DNA of 64,000 bases from Candidatus Bathyarchaeota archaeon (lineage in GTDB: Archaea > Thermoproteota > Bathyarchaeia > 40CM-2-53-6). Of the stretch, positions 1 through 9,386 are shown piece by piece; within the stretch, counting starts at the first letter, position 1, and each line of letters opens with the position of its first letter. A model generated the notes under the pieces. The model did no database searches. It worked only from the letters and a program-made list of their open reading frames with translations, and was not told the origin of the DNA. The translations under genes were made by a program, and so were the position numbers. The DNA is taken from contig CAVPLU010000009.1 in assembly GCA_963706285.1 (NCBI GenBank), positions 1-64,000 of the forward strand, given 5' to 3'.

Positions 1-9
1 GGTGGTTGT

Positions 10-516
10 GTGCTTAAGGGTACACATCTAAGAAGGGTGAATGCCTATTGGCGGTGTTCTGTTCGCGTGTCAGTTCTCATTGTTGCGCATCTTGAGCGGA
101 TTGCTGTTAGGGAGCATTGGATGCTGTCAGATCTGGCTAGGATGCTGATCTGCCTAGGCGCGGCTGGCACCTATCTGAGGGTGGGCGATCCTGAGGTCTC
201 GGACAAGTTCGAATACGTTAGCGAGCTTGAGTGGAGCACTCACCGCATTGGCAACAAGCACAACTTTAGGTCGAGTGAGTCGTCGCCATCACGCCTTGCC
301 TCCCGCGGGCTGGCTAGATCAGAATTATTAGCTCTACGCCTACCAACGGGCCTCACAAGCCTCATCACCGCATATGCGAGGACTAGTGGGAGATCACGAA
401 ACGAAGCCTTGACGATGTTTCTGGAGCGCGGATTAATCATCTACTTGAAAATAGAAAAGATGCTACTAGAAACAATTCAATCAGTCGAAGCCGAGTCCGT
501 CAAGAGAATGAAATAA
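10..516 (+). CDS. Hypothetical protein with possible C-terminal ribbon-helix-helix domain
   Basis: 168-aa ORF; LALRLPTGLTSLITAYARTSGRSRNEALTMFLERG fits a beta-alpha-alpha RHH pattern; start uncertain. Confidence 0.45.
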   Translation: MLKGTHLRRVNAYWRCSVRVSVLIVAHLERIAVREHWMLSDLARMLICLGAAGTYLRVGDPEVSDKFEYVSELEWSTHRIGNKHNFRSSESSPSRLASRGLARSELLALRLPTGLTSLITAYARTSGRSRNEALTMFLERGLIIYLKIEKMLLETIQSVEAESVKRMK

Positions 517-1012
517 GACGAAGCAGTCGCTGGTGTATGATTTGCAGGAGCCGTTTCGTTGGATAGCTGATGTGGCAGTGATGGAGGCGTTCGAGTCGGG
601 AGTGTTGGATTTGCCGGATTTCTACTTCACAGGTGACGACTACAGGTACCGCTTCGAACCAGAAGCGAAGACAACGGTTCCTAGATTTGCTTCGTGAGCG
701 ATTCAATTCTGGGGTCAGGTACAAGGGGCGTGCTTTGAAGTGGGATACGGTTATCGAGCAGAAGAGCGGTTGAGCTTGGCCGCTACCTAGTCGGGTCGAA
801 ATGGTGGACTAGACTTCTCCGAGCCGTCTCCTAAGCTTGCGAAGAACGGATGACCTGTGACCTTCGGAAACGGATCCTCACTCTCTCAGTCTGACGCTCG
901 GAGACTTGGAATTGGAAAGAGTACGCTTCACTGTCTGCGCAAGAAGGCCATTGGCAGCCATGCTTTCAGAACATATGGAAGGACACGAAGGAAGCTCAAA
1001 TCAATTTCTTGA
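515..1012 (+). pseudogene. cas1: C-terminal remnant of a solo Cas1 (casposase-type) with C-terminal HTH; 5'-truncated and multiply frameshifted
   Basis: Manual translation across frames: KTKQSLVYDLQEPFRWIADVAVMEAFESGVLDLPDFYFTGDDYRYRFEPEAK / QRFLDLLRERFNSGVRYKGRALKWDTVIEQK / AVELGRYLVG / GLDFSEPSPKL / LRKRILTL / SQSDARRLGIGKSTLHCLRKKA. Contains the Cas1 SLxYDLxEPFR motif and an HTH tail like family 2 casposases. Absent from the ORF track. Confidence 0.85.
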
Positions 1013-1128
1013 TCCGAAGTGGATGACCAGCTCGCGTTCACGAACCTTCTAAATACGCAATCGAATGAATCCTAGGTGGGGAACAACCCTGCCTTTCCAA
1101 ATATTTGGCAGCTTTGAAGTGATCCGAT

Positions 1129-1437
1129 TTGACAGAAGACAAGGCTGATGAAATCGCAAAGCAGAATGAACTCATCATATCTCTACTCGGACGAATAGCC
1201 TTCAAGAACGACGAGCTGAAGGACATTGTAACGAAGGGAAGCAAGAAACCTGAGCAGATGATTCGGGCCTACAATCTTTGCGACGGGACGACCGGTGTGA
1301 CAGAAATCGCTGAAGAAGCTGGTGTCGCACAGCCTTCGTTGACGACTGCGGTAGAAAAGTGGGAAAGGTCGGGGATTATTCTCAAAAAGAAAAAGGGCAA
1401 AGAGGTATTGCCTCTGCGGCTCTTCGAGATCCGATAG
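1129..1437 (+). CDS. Small winged-HTH protein
   Basis: VTEIAEEAGVAQPSLTTAVEKWERSGII wHTH motif. Confidence 0.75.
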   Translation: MTEDKADEIAKQNELIISLLGRIAFKNDELKDIVTKGSKKPEQMIRAYNLCDGTTGVTEIAEEAGVAQPSLTTAVEKWERSGIILKKKKGKEVLPLRLFEIR

Positions 1438-1638
1438 GTGAATGCCATGGAAAAAGATACCTTGAGGACCTTCAGGTATAGCGTCTCAGAGATTCCGGAA
1501 GCTCTAGGGAAGTGTCTCTCATTGGTAAGTCAAGCGATGTGCCAATTACAAGATGCTGGGCTCGTCGCTGAAGAGAGAGTGGAGAAGACGAGATACTATG
1601 AGAGAGATTTAGATGAGGAGGTGACCGAAGATGTCTGA
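1438..1638 (+). CDS. Small ArsR-like wHTH protein, possibly degenerate
   Basis: SVSEIPEALGKCLSLVSQAMCQLQDAGLVAEERVEKTRYY; abuts both neighbours. Confidence 0.6.
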   Translation: MNAMEKDTLRTFRYSVSEIPEALGKCLSLVSQAMCQLQDAGLVAEERVEKTRYYERDLDEEVTEDV

Positions 1639-1828
1639 AAGAGAACTGAAGGAACTACAAGCAATGAAGAAACTCTTAGTCCTGCAACTATTGACTCAGG
1701 ATATCAAGGCGGATGCCATTGCGGACCTTCTAGGAATTGAACAGGGTGATTTCAGTCGAATGTTTCCGGCTCAGGAAGCTGTTGAAGCGAAAGGCGCGGA
1801 AGTAGCATGGTTGACCTCCAAGAATTGA
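1631..1828 (+). CDS. Small helix + HTH protein
   Basis: GGAGGTGA ribosome-binding site; KKLLVLQLL...ADAIADLLGIEQGDFSRMFP; true end probably FPVRKLLKRKARK* at 1805 after a frameshift. Confidence 0.65.
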   Translation: MSERELKELQAMKKLLVLQLLTQDIKADAIADLLGIEQGDFSRMFPAQEAVEAKGAEVAWLTSKN

Positions 1829-2607
1829 TAGTTAGAGGCAGAATGATTTTTGATGGTGCAAGCTAGACGACTCGAAGTTTTCGAGTTGCGAGTCACTGGG
1901 AGACCGACAAAGGAGATAGCTCACAAGTCTGGCAGAAGCTTGTCTGCCGTTGACCAGGATATAGAGAAGCTAAGCGATATGGAACTAATATTGAAAAAGA
2001 AAAATTCTAAAGGGGATGTGATCAAGAAAGACGGTAGCATAGTGTACGAAAAGAACCCAGTGATTAGGCACGTGCCCATTTCGTATTTCGGGGACGTAGC
2101 CAACACAAGCAAGCTCGTCAAGAGAGCTGTGAAAGGCCAAGGGAAAATCCCCAAACCTAACACTATCCACGTACCATCAGAAAACGAAATCCTCGACATA
2201 TGCAAGCAAGGAGAAGATCAGCTATACGAATTCAAGGCTCCGGGCGTGAGTGCAGACAAGATAACAAAAGAAATTGCGGATTTCTACACACGAAAAGTGG
2301 GGGAATAATCCTCTACGGGGTTGAGGACGACGGGAGCATTATCGGGGCAGATATGAGGAGACAAGACTTGGACCAGAAGATACAGAATTCTGTAAGGAAC
2401 ACGGTTTCCCCATCACCATCGATAGAAATCAAAGATCGGAAAGTGATGGGTTCCGCTGTGCTGCTGGTCGTTGTTCCTCCTTGGGATAGAAAGACCATTT
2501 ATCAAAACACCATGGATGGGAGATACTACATACGACGTGGCACAAACATCTTTGCACTAAGACCTGATGAAATAAGGAAACTCTCTCAAGGGGTTATCGT
2601 TGTGTGA
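1807..2607 (+). CDS. wHTH + Schlafen/AlbA_2 domain protein (frameshifted)
   Basis: ATG at 1807 joined to ORFs 1850-2308 and 2200-2607; HTH (TKEIAHKSGRSLSAVDQDI), then GEDQLYEFK...KEIA/GFLHTKSGGIILYGVEDDGSIIG...YYIRRG AlbA_2 motifs. Confidence 0.8.
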
Positions 2608-2608
2608 T

Positions 2609-2799
2609 TTGAGCGAAACCGAGGTTGGACATGTTGGTCAAGAAGCAGCAAGAAGAAGGAAAAGGAGAAGCTTGACGAAGCGACTGCCGCACGCATATTG
2701 AAGTCTGTCGGCCTCACGCCTACACAGGTTGCTTGAATACTTGGTAAGAAGTCAGCGCAAGACGCCTCTTCCTACCTTCACCCGAAAAAGAAGATGTAG
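2609..2799 (+). pseudogene. Degenerate small HTH gene, paralog of 3425-3676
   Basis: KLDEATAARILKSVGLTPTQVA*ILGKKSAQDASSYL versus IEILHASGLRPVEIARILGKS; internal stop and frameshift. Confidence 0.6.
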
Positions 2800-2857
2800 T
2801 CGCGTGAGTGGTACAATTGATGTAGGCGCCGTAATTTGAGCTCTTAGACTAGGACTA

Positions 2858-3409
2858 TCACATCGACGAAAGACCACGATGTATTGTCTTCCTTACAAGC
2901 GCAGCTTCTTTCACTGAATCAGATACTTGCCAGGCCAAATCGAGCATAACTGCCTCCTCCAGGGCTTCCTCGGAGCGGTAAGGTCCTCTGATCCTTATTC
3001 CCTGAGGTTTGACCTCTTCATCAAGGAAATTCTGCACTTCGCTTTTCCTTCCTCTTCTTTCAGCGTTTCTTGGCCTTCCTCGTCCACGTTTCCTCTTCAT
3101 CTGATAGACTAATGCAGGAAGATCTCTTGCTCTTGCCTCACGATATTCAGCAACTGTCCAATCAGACTTCTGACGGCCAAAAACTCCCACATAGATCGAA
3201 CACCCATCGATTTCGCGCTTCATGTCCTCTGGTATTACGTCTCCTCTCTCATCCTCGATGAGTATTCCCCTCATTATTTTTTCATCGACAAATCGCTCAT
3301 TATCGATCCTGGTCTTCAGAGTCCTTCTCAATGTTTGGAACTCTGTCTGAGCGGAACTTATGAAGACGGTGAATGGCCTCACACTATTTCCTGAGACCAA
3401 GCTGCGCAC
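2858..3409 (-). CDS. DUF4062 (TIR/NDT-like fold) domain protein
   Basis: FTVFISSAQTEFQTLR...IDGCSIYVGVFGRQKSDWTVAEYREARARDLPALVY pattern. Confidence 0.75.
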   Translation of the reverse strand: MRSLVSGNSVRPFTVFISSAQTEFQTLRRTLKTRIDNERFVDEKIMRGILIEDERGDVIPEDMKREIDGCSIYVGVFGRQKSDWTVAEYREARARDLPALVYQMKRKRGRGRPRNAERRGRKSEVQNFLDEEVKPQGIRIRGPYRSEEALEEAVMLDLAWQVSDSVKEAALVRKTIHRGLSSM

Positions 3410-3424
3410 TGCTCTTTTAGGAAA

Positions 3425-3676
3425 TCAAGTCTTGTTCTTTCTCGATTGAGCCTTCTTCATGAGGTTGAGCTGGACGCTGATGTTGGTCAGGGATTTCCCA
3501 AGTATTCTGGCGATCTCGACCGGCCTCAGGCCAGAGGCATGAAGAATCTCTATTCGTCTAGCGATAGAAAGAGGCTTTTCATCGACTCTAGATGTTTCCA
3601 GAAGAATGTTGATGATGGCATCGAGGCGCTTCGATAGTTGCCAAGTGTCGTCTTCTCTCTTGACCTTCGCTGGCAT
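3425..3676 (-). CDS. Small helix + HTH protein
   Basis: KRLDAIINILL...GLRPVEIARILGKSLTNISVQL. Confidence 0.75.
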   Translation of the reverse strand: MPAKVKREDDTWQLSKRLDAIINILLETSRVDEKPLSIARRIEILHASGLRPVEIARILGKSLTNISVQLNLMKKAQSRKNKT

Positions 3677-3698
3677 TGTGACACGTCCTCAATAGTGG

Positions 3699-3884
3699 CT
3701 ACTCTGGCTTTCTTACTCGGAGTAGGCTTACAACACGGTTGACCCTGTTAAGGTCACAGCCCGCGATCTCGCGAATCTTTGCTTGAGGTACCCTTGCGAG
3801 TCCCAATTGTACAATTAGTAGGTCTCTGAGCAATTCTGTCATTTCGTCTTTGGGCTTCTTAGTGCGTTTGGCCATAATCATCAC
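3699..3884 (-). CDS. Small helix + HTH protein
   Basis: LLRDLLIVQLGLARVPQAKIREIAGCDLNRVNRV; GGTG ribosome-binding site; resembles 1631-1828. Confidence 0.7.
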   Translation of the reverse strand: MMIMAKRTKKPKDEMTELLRDLLIVQLGLARVPQAKIREIAGCDLNRVNRVVSLLRVRKPE

Positions 3885-4006
3885 ACCTACTTGAACTCAA
3901 GCTGCTTAAGAAACCAGCGATGGTCGGCGGTTGGATTTTCCCCCTTTTCTAGGAGGGTATTTCTCATTCCTCCATAGCGTGCAACACTCGTCGTCTTCGA
4001 TTACCT

Positions 4007-4140
4007 TGATGCGAGCATCGTAAATTGAACTCTTGATTGTGTGTGTGGGACCCTTGGTGCGGGCACCTGAATTTGAACCGTCGTTTTGGGTAATTGTGTG
4101 TGTGGTACGCTTGGTGCGAGCGTCCGGATTTGAACCGTCG
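4007..4140 (-). repeat. Three tandem copies of the tRNA-Gly-3'-like repeat (cores start at 4007, 4055, 4112)
   Basis: Minus strand of 4112-4136 = GGTTCAAATCCGGACGCTCGCACCA and of 4055-4079 = GGTTCAAATTCAGGTGCCCGCACCA, each followed by AG..(C)CACACACACAAT; 4007-4030 is more degenerate. Confidence 0.9.
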
Positions 4141-4267
4141 ATTTGCGTGTGTGCCAACGGCATAGGTGGAGACTGCCAGTGAAGAAAGATGGGGAAAGAA
4201 GTTTGCACGCACACGAAAGCTAATATCTCGATAGAAGTGACCGAATGACTGCCGTGGGGGTATCTGC

Positions 4268-4861
4268 ATGTCCTTCCTGAGGAGAATCAAAGATGGCATC
4301 ACCCAGCCCAAAGCCAAGATTGTGGTGCAGTTCAGCAAGAACAGCTTTGTGTTGGGGGAGAATGTTGAAGGCAATCTAGCGGTTTCATCAGATGAGGAGT
4401 TTGACGCCAAAGAGATAAGATGTGAGATCCAATCTGTGGAAGAAGCGAAAAGAATCAAGCTAGTCTATGATGAAACAGCCAAACGCGAAGTACCGAAAGA
4501 AGCCTCCGAGTCAGAAACTCTCTATTCTGCGAGACCGACGGTGACCGGTCCGCTACACTTGACCAAAGGCTTCTCGCAGACTTACCCGTTCAGCATATAT
4601 CTCCCAGCTGGGCTCAGACCCACATTCAAGAGCCTCGATTCGAAGATTACTTGGACATTCAAAGCGGCAATAGCTATTGAAGGCAGACCTGACGTAACCA
4701 GCCAGACAGTTGAAATCCAAGTAATTCAACCAACAACTCCTCAAGTAAAGGAGAAGGAGATCATTCGTGAAGTCGTCATGATACCCTGCAAGTACTGCGG
4801 GGCCCTGATGCCTCAAACAGACACAACGTGTCCGCGATGCGGCGCAAAAAGAACCGCATAA
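4268..4861 (+). CDS. Arrestin/SpoOM-fold protein with C-terminal zinc ribbon
   Basis: Beta-sandwich pattern (YPFSIYLPAGLRPTF...ITWTFKA); CKYC...CPRC. Confidence 0.7.
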   Translation: MSFLRRIKDGITQPKAKIVVQFSKNSFVLGENVEGNLAVSSDEEFDAKEIRCEIQSVEEAKRIKLVYDETAKREVPKEASESETLYSARPTVTGPLHLTKGFSQTYPFSIYLPAGLRPTFKSLDSKITWTFKAAIAIEGRPDVTSQTVEIQVIQPTTPQVKEKEIIREVVMIPCKYCGALMPQTDTTCPRCGAKRTA

Positions 4862-5203
4862 TAGACTGACCAGTGCAGCTGCAACCATTCGCAGTGTCCA
4901 CAACTGCTCTTCGAGTTCTCAAGTTACACCTATCGGTCTACGAGAAGACTGCTCATTCACACCTTGCAAGAAAGGCCTTACCCGCTCATGTAACGGAACA
5001 AACCCGGCCGCGATGCAACTACTCTATGGTGGCCAAATATCATCCTCTTGGCCAGGCAATGAGACTATACGATTCTGATCAATAGGTCGCGACGAAACGA
5101 AGCACCGAGACATGATGTGATGTTGGTGCAAAAACCGGCTTTGCTTGCGATACTCAATGTGTAAATCGGGCGTTGCTAAGTATGCGGGAAGAAGGGAGTA
5201 GCT

Positions 5204-5389
5204 TTGACTGAAGACAAAGGCGATGTTCTAGCTAAGATGGACACTGCGGCGGAGGAAGCGGAAAAAGACCTCGGGACTCTCGATCGGGCAGCTATTGAAA
5301 CTGTAGCTGCATGGTGGCTGAAGTGGTACATGAAAGCCGGACATAAACGCCTTGGCCGGATCATGGTAAGAGTCGCAAAGAGCAAGTAA
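5204..5389 (+). CDS. Small hypothetical protein
   Basis: 61 aa; GGAG ribosome-binding site; protein-like AAWWLKWYMKAGHKRLGR segment. Confidence 0.65.
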   Translation: MTEDKGDVLAKMDTAAEEAEKDLGTLDRAAIETVAAWWLKWYMKAGHKRLGRIMVRVAKSK

Positions 5390-5530
5390 GGTCCTCACCG
5401 TCACATTTCTTGTGACTGAAAGCCTTCTTCAGTTGACAAAAAGAACTCGTGAATCTACCTCATAGTCCAACGAGTGAGACTCTCTTGTCGACTTTTGGAA
5501 GATTATATTTCCGAGGGCCAGGTAGCATGA

Positions 5531-5670
5531 TGTGTGTGCCAGCTGGTGCGGCCGTCGAGAATTGGACTGTCGTGCGTCGTCTAGGTATTTTGTGTGTGGT
5601 GGTGGCTCTCTTGGTGCGGGCACCCGAATCTGAATCCTCATGGGGGCGTGTTTGGGTGTGCGCACCCCCA
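5531..5670 (-). repeat. Two copies of the tRNA-3'-like repeat plus one hairpin variant
   Basis: 5544-5572 TGGTGCGGCCGTCGAGAATTGGACTGTCG; 5612-5636 TGGTGCGGGCACCCGAATCTGAATC, both preceded by TGTGTGTG; 5641-5670 TGGGGG...GTGTGCGCACCCCCA. Confidence 0.8.
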
Positions 5671-6103
5671 TGAAGTCATTCTCTGTAGAAGTTGAAAGTC
5701 GACTGACAGGTTTGCCTAAGGATTCGAGACATCTGTGTACATTGTCTTTCCCGATCACTTCAGCGCTCATCTTCGTGTGGACTCTAGCACTGTCTAGCCG
5801 ATCTGATAAGGAGCCTTCCGGCTTTCCATGTGTAACCCGCCCTGTGGTAGTAATCATCGTAGTTGGAATATTGATGAAAGAATCCTCGGGCTCCCTAAAG
5901 CCGGCACGAGGGTGAAAGGTATTCCTAGAAAGATAGTGAGTTCGCCCTAGTTTTTTGCTACAGAATTGGCGTATATTGTGTAGGTTGAGCCACAATTGAT
6001 GGATCGCATTGAAGCTTTGAGCGAACGCAGAGATGCCGCTCATAATTGCTATGACAGTGAGTAACCACATATTCCAATCCGCACTCATGAACTTCTCATT
6101 CCT

Positions 6104-6352
6104 CTACTCTTCACTTGGCGCAGGCGTATCGGTAGTTGTTGACCTCTCGATGCATTCAGGGCCGATAGGGCCGCGGGGGGTCACTGTGATATGTGCGAGA
6201 TCGACGAGACGGGCGTGGCAGCAGATGCAGCGGATGTCGGATGCTTGAATGCCTTGTTCGTGTAGGGCTTCAATCACGGTTCGAAGGTGAAGTTCGGTTG
6301 GTGTCTCGCCACGGAGACGGGCGGTCGCTGGATCGTCCAAGTCACCGCTCAC
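6104..6352 (-). CDS. Small zinc-finger protein (DUF6011-like)
   Basis: CICCHARLVDLAHITVTPRGPIGPEC matches a CxxC...GPxC pattern seen in mobile elements. Confidence 0.55.
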   Translation of the reverse strand: MSGDLDDPATARLRGETPTELHLRTVIEALHEQGIQASDIRCICCHARLVDLAHITVTPRGPIGPECIERSTTTDTPAPSEE

Positions 6353-6763
6353 CTTGTGTTTGGCATCTCTTGCCGTGATTGATTCAGCCTCGTTCTCGTC
6401 TCTCTGCGAGCAGAAGGAACTCGTTTCATCCGGACGCTAGGATGAGGTTGCATGACTTGGGTGCTGGAGAATGCCAGAGGTTCCGAACGTCGTGCAGAGA
6501 GACTTCTTATCGCAATCACAATCGCCAAGACGAGGGTTTCTGACAATGCATCCACCTGTTTATGCACGTCTCTACACTATGAGACGTACGAATATATATG
6601 AGTGTCGGTACTGACGATATATTATTATACGCGTATAGGCAAATAAGCTCGGGAGTACGATGGAGTGGAGATCTCTCAGCTTGGCTGATGTTGAAGTTGA
6701 AGGTGAGGATCGACCGGAGACTATCCGAGCTGAGCGGGGAACTGACCGCTAGTGAGGTGAAAG

Positions 6764-7123
6764 ATGATGACAAGCAACGATGAGTTGAAGAAGTGGTTGG
6801 AGTCACGTTTCCAGAAGATTGAACAGCACATAGATGAACTTGAGAAATCAATCTCTGAAGAGAAACAATCGAAAGTACGAATCGCGTGGTACAGAACATT
6901 GCTAGGCATGACTGACCTCGGAGGACAAGTTGGCACCGAACAACTTGCAGGTCACCTAGGAATAAGCAGAAGCGTAATCAGCGAATACTTGAATCGGATG
7001 GAAGAAGAAGGCCTCGTGAAGAGAGACTTCAACGAAGACTCAACACAGAAATCACGCTACATCTGGCGAATAGACTGGAACTCGCTACCACCCGAAATAG
7101 CATCAAGACTCAAGAAAAAGTAG
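6764..7123 (+). CDS. Coiled-coil + wHTH transcriptional regulator
   Basis: GAGGTGA ribosome-binding site; TEQLAGHLGISRSVISEYLNRMEEEGLV. Confidence 0.8.
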   Translation: MMTSNDELKKWLESRFQKIEQHIDELEKSISEEKQSKVRIAWYRTLLGMTDLGGQVGTEQLAGHLGISRSVISEYLNRMEEEGLVKRDFNEDSTQKSRYIWRIDWNSLPPEIASRLKKK

Positions 7124-7297
7124 AGATCAAGTTACCACGACAACATATGCCGACAGATTCTTGCGGCCAATGATGAATACGCCGCAACCGGACGTATGCA
7201 AGTGATCTCATTGCGTCGCATGAAGTCACTCAGCATAAGCATTAAACCGAGAAATGGGGCATACTGGCTTAAGGAAAGGCTTCCTGAAGGTGAGATC

Positions 7298-7735
7298 ATG
7301 AAACCTAGTGGTTCAGATACGAACGCGATTGTGGAGATGTTGCAAAAGGCCCCCCTGTGGTCGGGTCTCACCGAGAAGGAACTGAAGGTCATTGCACATT
7401 CATTCAAAGAGCTCAAGTATGAGAGCGGCGACATGATCGTGCGCAAAGGAGAGGCAGGCATCGGCTTCTATCTCATAGCGGAAGGCACCGTAGAGGTTCG
7501 ATCAGACGGAAAAGTCCTCTCTAAACTCGGACCCGGCCAGTTCTTTGGCGAGATGTCAATCTTGGACAATCAGCCAAGGTCGGCAGATGTTGTGGCACTT
7601 GAGCCGTCAAGGTGCCTTGCCTTGACTTCATGGAGCTTCAAGAGTATTGTTTCCAACCATCCAAAGATGGCGTTGAAGCTGCTGCAGGAATCCGTTCGTA
7701 GAATGAGTATGAATACTCAGACCCTTGGCAATTAG
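7298..7735 (+). CDS. Stand-alone cyclic-nucleotide-binding domain protein
   Basis: FFGEMSILDNQPRSADVVA phosphate-binding cassette; start moved to ATG 7298 after GGTGAG. Confidence 0.9.
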   Translation: MKPSGSDTNAIVEMLQKAPLWSGLTEKELKVIAHSFKELKYESGDMIVRKGEAGIGFYLIAEGTVEVRSDGKVLSKLGPGQFFGEMSILDNQPRSADVVALEPSRCLALTSWSFKSIVSNHPKMALKLLQESVRRMSMNTQTLGN

Positions 7736-7826
7736 TGAGGCATTGCCGAAGAACGGAGACACGTTCGTGCTCACTAAGGAAGCTGCTTCGAAAGATGAGC
7801 GAAGACTCGTGTGCTTCGTTACTTAG

Positions 7827-8546
7827 CTAGGATACATCTATGATCTGACCGTCTGTAGAGAAGATTGTTCTAGGGAAGATGCGGGTTACTTCGCGCTTCT
7901 GTCTGGACGTGAGTCTTGGGCTGTGGACTATCACGAGATTTCGCACGCCAGCTCTTTTTGCAGCCCTAGCGGCTTGGGTCGGGGTTGAATGTTTGAGGCG
8001 CCTCGCCACCGCAGCGTTGGTCTCTGCAGCCTCGTGGATGAGGTAGTCGGCTTTCTTTGCGATTTTGGACAAGTCGTCATGCATCGTGTCCCCGCTATAG
8101 ACCAGTGTCGTTCCATCGATCTCGATTCTGTAGACTGTGTCCGGAGGCGAATGAACACCTCTTGCTTTCGTGCAATTGAACGGAAGACCGGTCAGGTCCG
8201 GCAGGAAATTGAGAACCTTGGAGAGGTCTGCTCTGGGAAACAGCTTATGGTAGAGGCTGTAGACTAGCCTCTTTAGGCCCTTGGGCCCATAGATCTTCAA
8301 GATACCTTTGTCTTTGTAAAGAAGACATTCCGCGAGAAAAACAAGACCAACCACATGGTCGCCATGTGTGTGGCTGATAAGGGCATGATTCACATCGTTT
8401 GGGGAGTAGCCATTTGAGCGGAGAGCATACACGATCTGCGGAGGGCAGTCCAGTAGTATCCGTGTGCTGCCATCAATCAGGATACTCGTGGAGCCTCGAC
8501 CGTCGGAGCAGAATGAATCGCCAGTTCCAAGAAAGACAAGCCTCAT
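7827..8546 (-). CDS. MBL-fold hydrolase, RNase Z/BN-like (possible cNMP phosphodiesterase)
   Basis: FLGTG, HTHGDH, YSGDT, IHEA, HST motifs. Confidence 0.85.
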   Translation of the reverse strand: MRLVFLGTGDSFCSDGRGSTSILIDGSTRILLDCPPQIVYALRSNGYSPNDVNHALISHTHGDHVVGLVFLAECLLYKDKGILKIYGPKGLKRLVYSLYHKLFPRADLSKVLNFLPDLTGLPFNCTKARGVHSPPDTVYRIEIDGTTLVYSGDTMHDDLSKIAKKADYLIHEAAETNAAVARRLKHSTPTQAARAAKRAGVRNLVIVHSPRLTSRQKREVTRIFPRTIFSTDGQIIDVS

Positions 8547-8710
8547 TGAACTCCCGCCTCCGAACCCGTGTATCTTGCCCGACGATCTGGTAATGGGAGG
8601 ATAAGAGTTACTCAGAGACGGCGCTCACATCGTTATGTAACAGAGAGTTGTGTGTTCCTTGTATCGTCGAATGTTCGTTTGCTTTCATTGATAGGGACTT
8701 GTCTTCGGAA

Positions 8711-9277
8711 CTAGCTCGGCAGCCTAGTCACCTTGGGCGAGCGCTCGGAGAATCTGATGAAGATTGAATTGTTAGTGACCTCGATTTTCGGCTCAATTCC
8801 GAGAGTTTCACGTGTTACTGTCTCGTATACCCGCTTCAGCTGATTGGAGTACTTCATGCCGAAGTCATGTTCGAGGGTGATAGTGTAGTTGCCGTCCCTC
8901 TCGTCAACCTCGCATCGAGTAGTTCCAACATACTTGGATAGCCTCTCACAAAAGGCGCAGACTGTCGCTGGGTCGACGCGTTTGTACCAGAACCTAATCA
9001 TTTCAAGAAATGTGGAAGGAGCTTCTTCCGTGGCAGTTCGGTAGGTTTGTTCGTCCATCGCCTCAATCATGCGCTTGTAAGTGGAACGTGGGACTGTGAC
9101 GAACCCGAACTTCTGCGTGTAACGATCCCACTCTGCGTACTTGGTCAAGATTGAAACAACCAAGGCGCTTACGGTCCTGTTTTCTGCGTTCGCATCCTTT
9201 TGGAGAAGTTCATTGAGCTGCTTTGGTATCCTTACACCTCTAAGGACCGTCTGAGTCTTTCGATCGACCAAATTCAT
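8711..9277 (-). CDS. RHH-type regulator with C-terminal ligand-binding-like domain
   Basis: TVLRGVRIPKQLNELLQKDANAENRTVSALVVSILTKYAEWDRY; resembles a TACK-archaeal RHH family. Confidence 0.75.
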   Translation of the reverse strand: MNLVDRKTQTVLRGVRIPKQLNELLQKDANAENRTVSALVVSILTKYAEWDRYTQKFGFVTVPRSTYKRMIEAMDEQTYRTATEEAPSTFLEMIRFWYKRVDPATVCAFCERLSKYVGTTRCEVDERDGNYTITLEHDFGMKYSNQLKRVYETVTRETLGIEPKIEVTNNSIFIRFSERSPKVTRLPS

Positions 9278-9386
9278 CCGTTACGTACTACGCTGACTAA
9301 CATTGTAACACTTATGGTTCGATCTTACCGGTTTAGTTTCCCGAATTCGCGATGCCGAAGAGGCAAGAGAATCGAAACATCGTCGT

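Noticed and set aside
4007-4140. CRISPR array
   Set aside because: Only three divergent units; the intervening sequences resemble each other (GT-rich tail) rather than being unique spacers; no cas operon
4112-4200. Intact tRNA-Gly gene
   Set aside because: Only the T-loop, acceptor 3' strand and CCA are present; no matching 5' strand, D arm or anticodon arm here or at the other copies
3906-4214. 102-aa ORF with internal repeats
   Set aside because: It is a translation of the DNA repeats (NPDARTKRTTHT)
5429-6088. 219-aa membrane protein
   Set aside because: The 3' half runs through the repeat copies; only the N-terminal TM part may be real, and no family is recognisable
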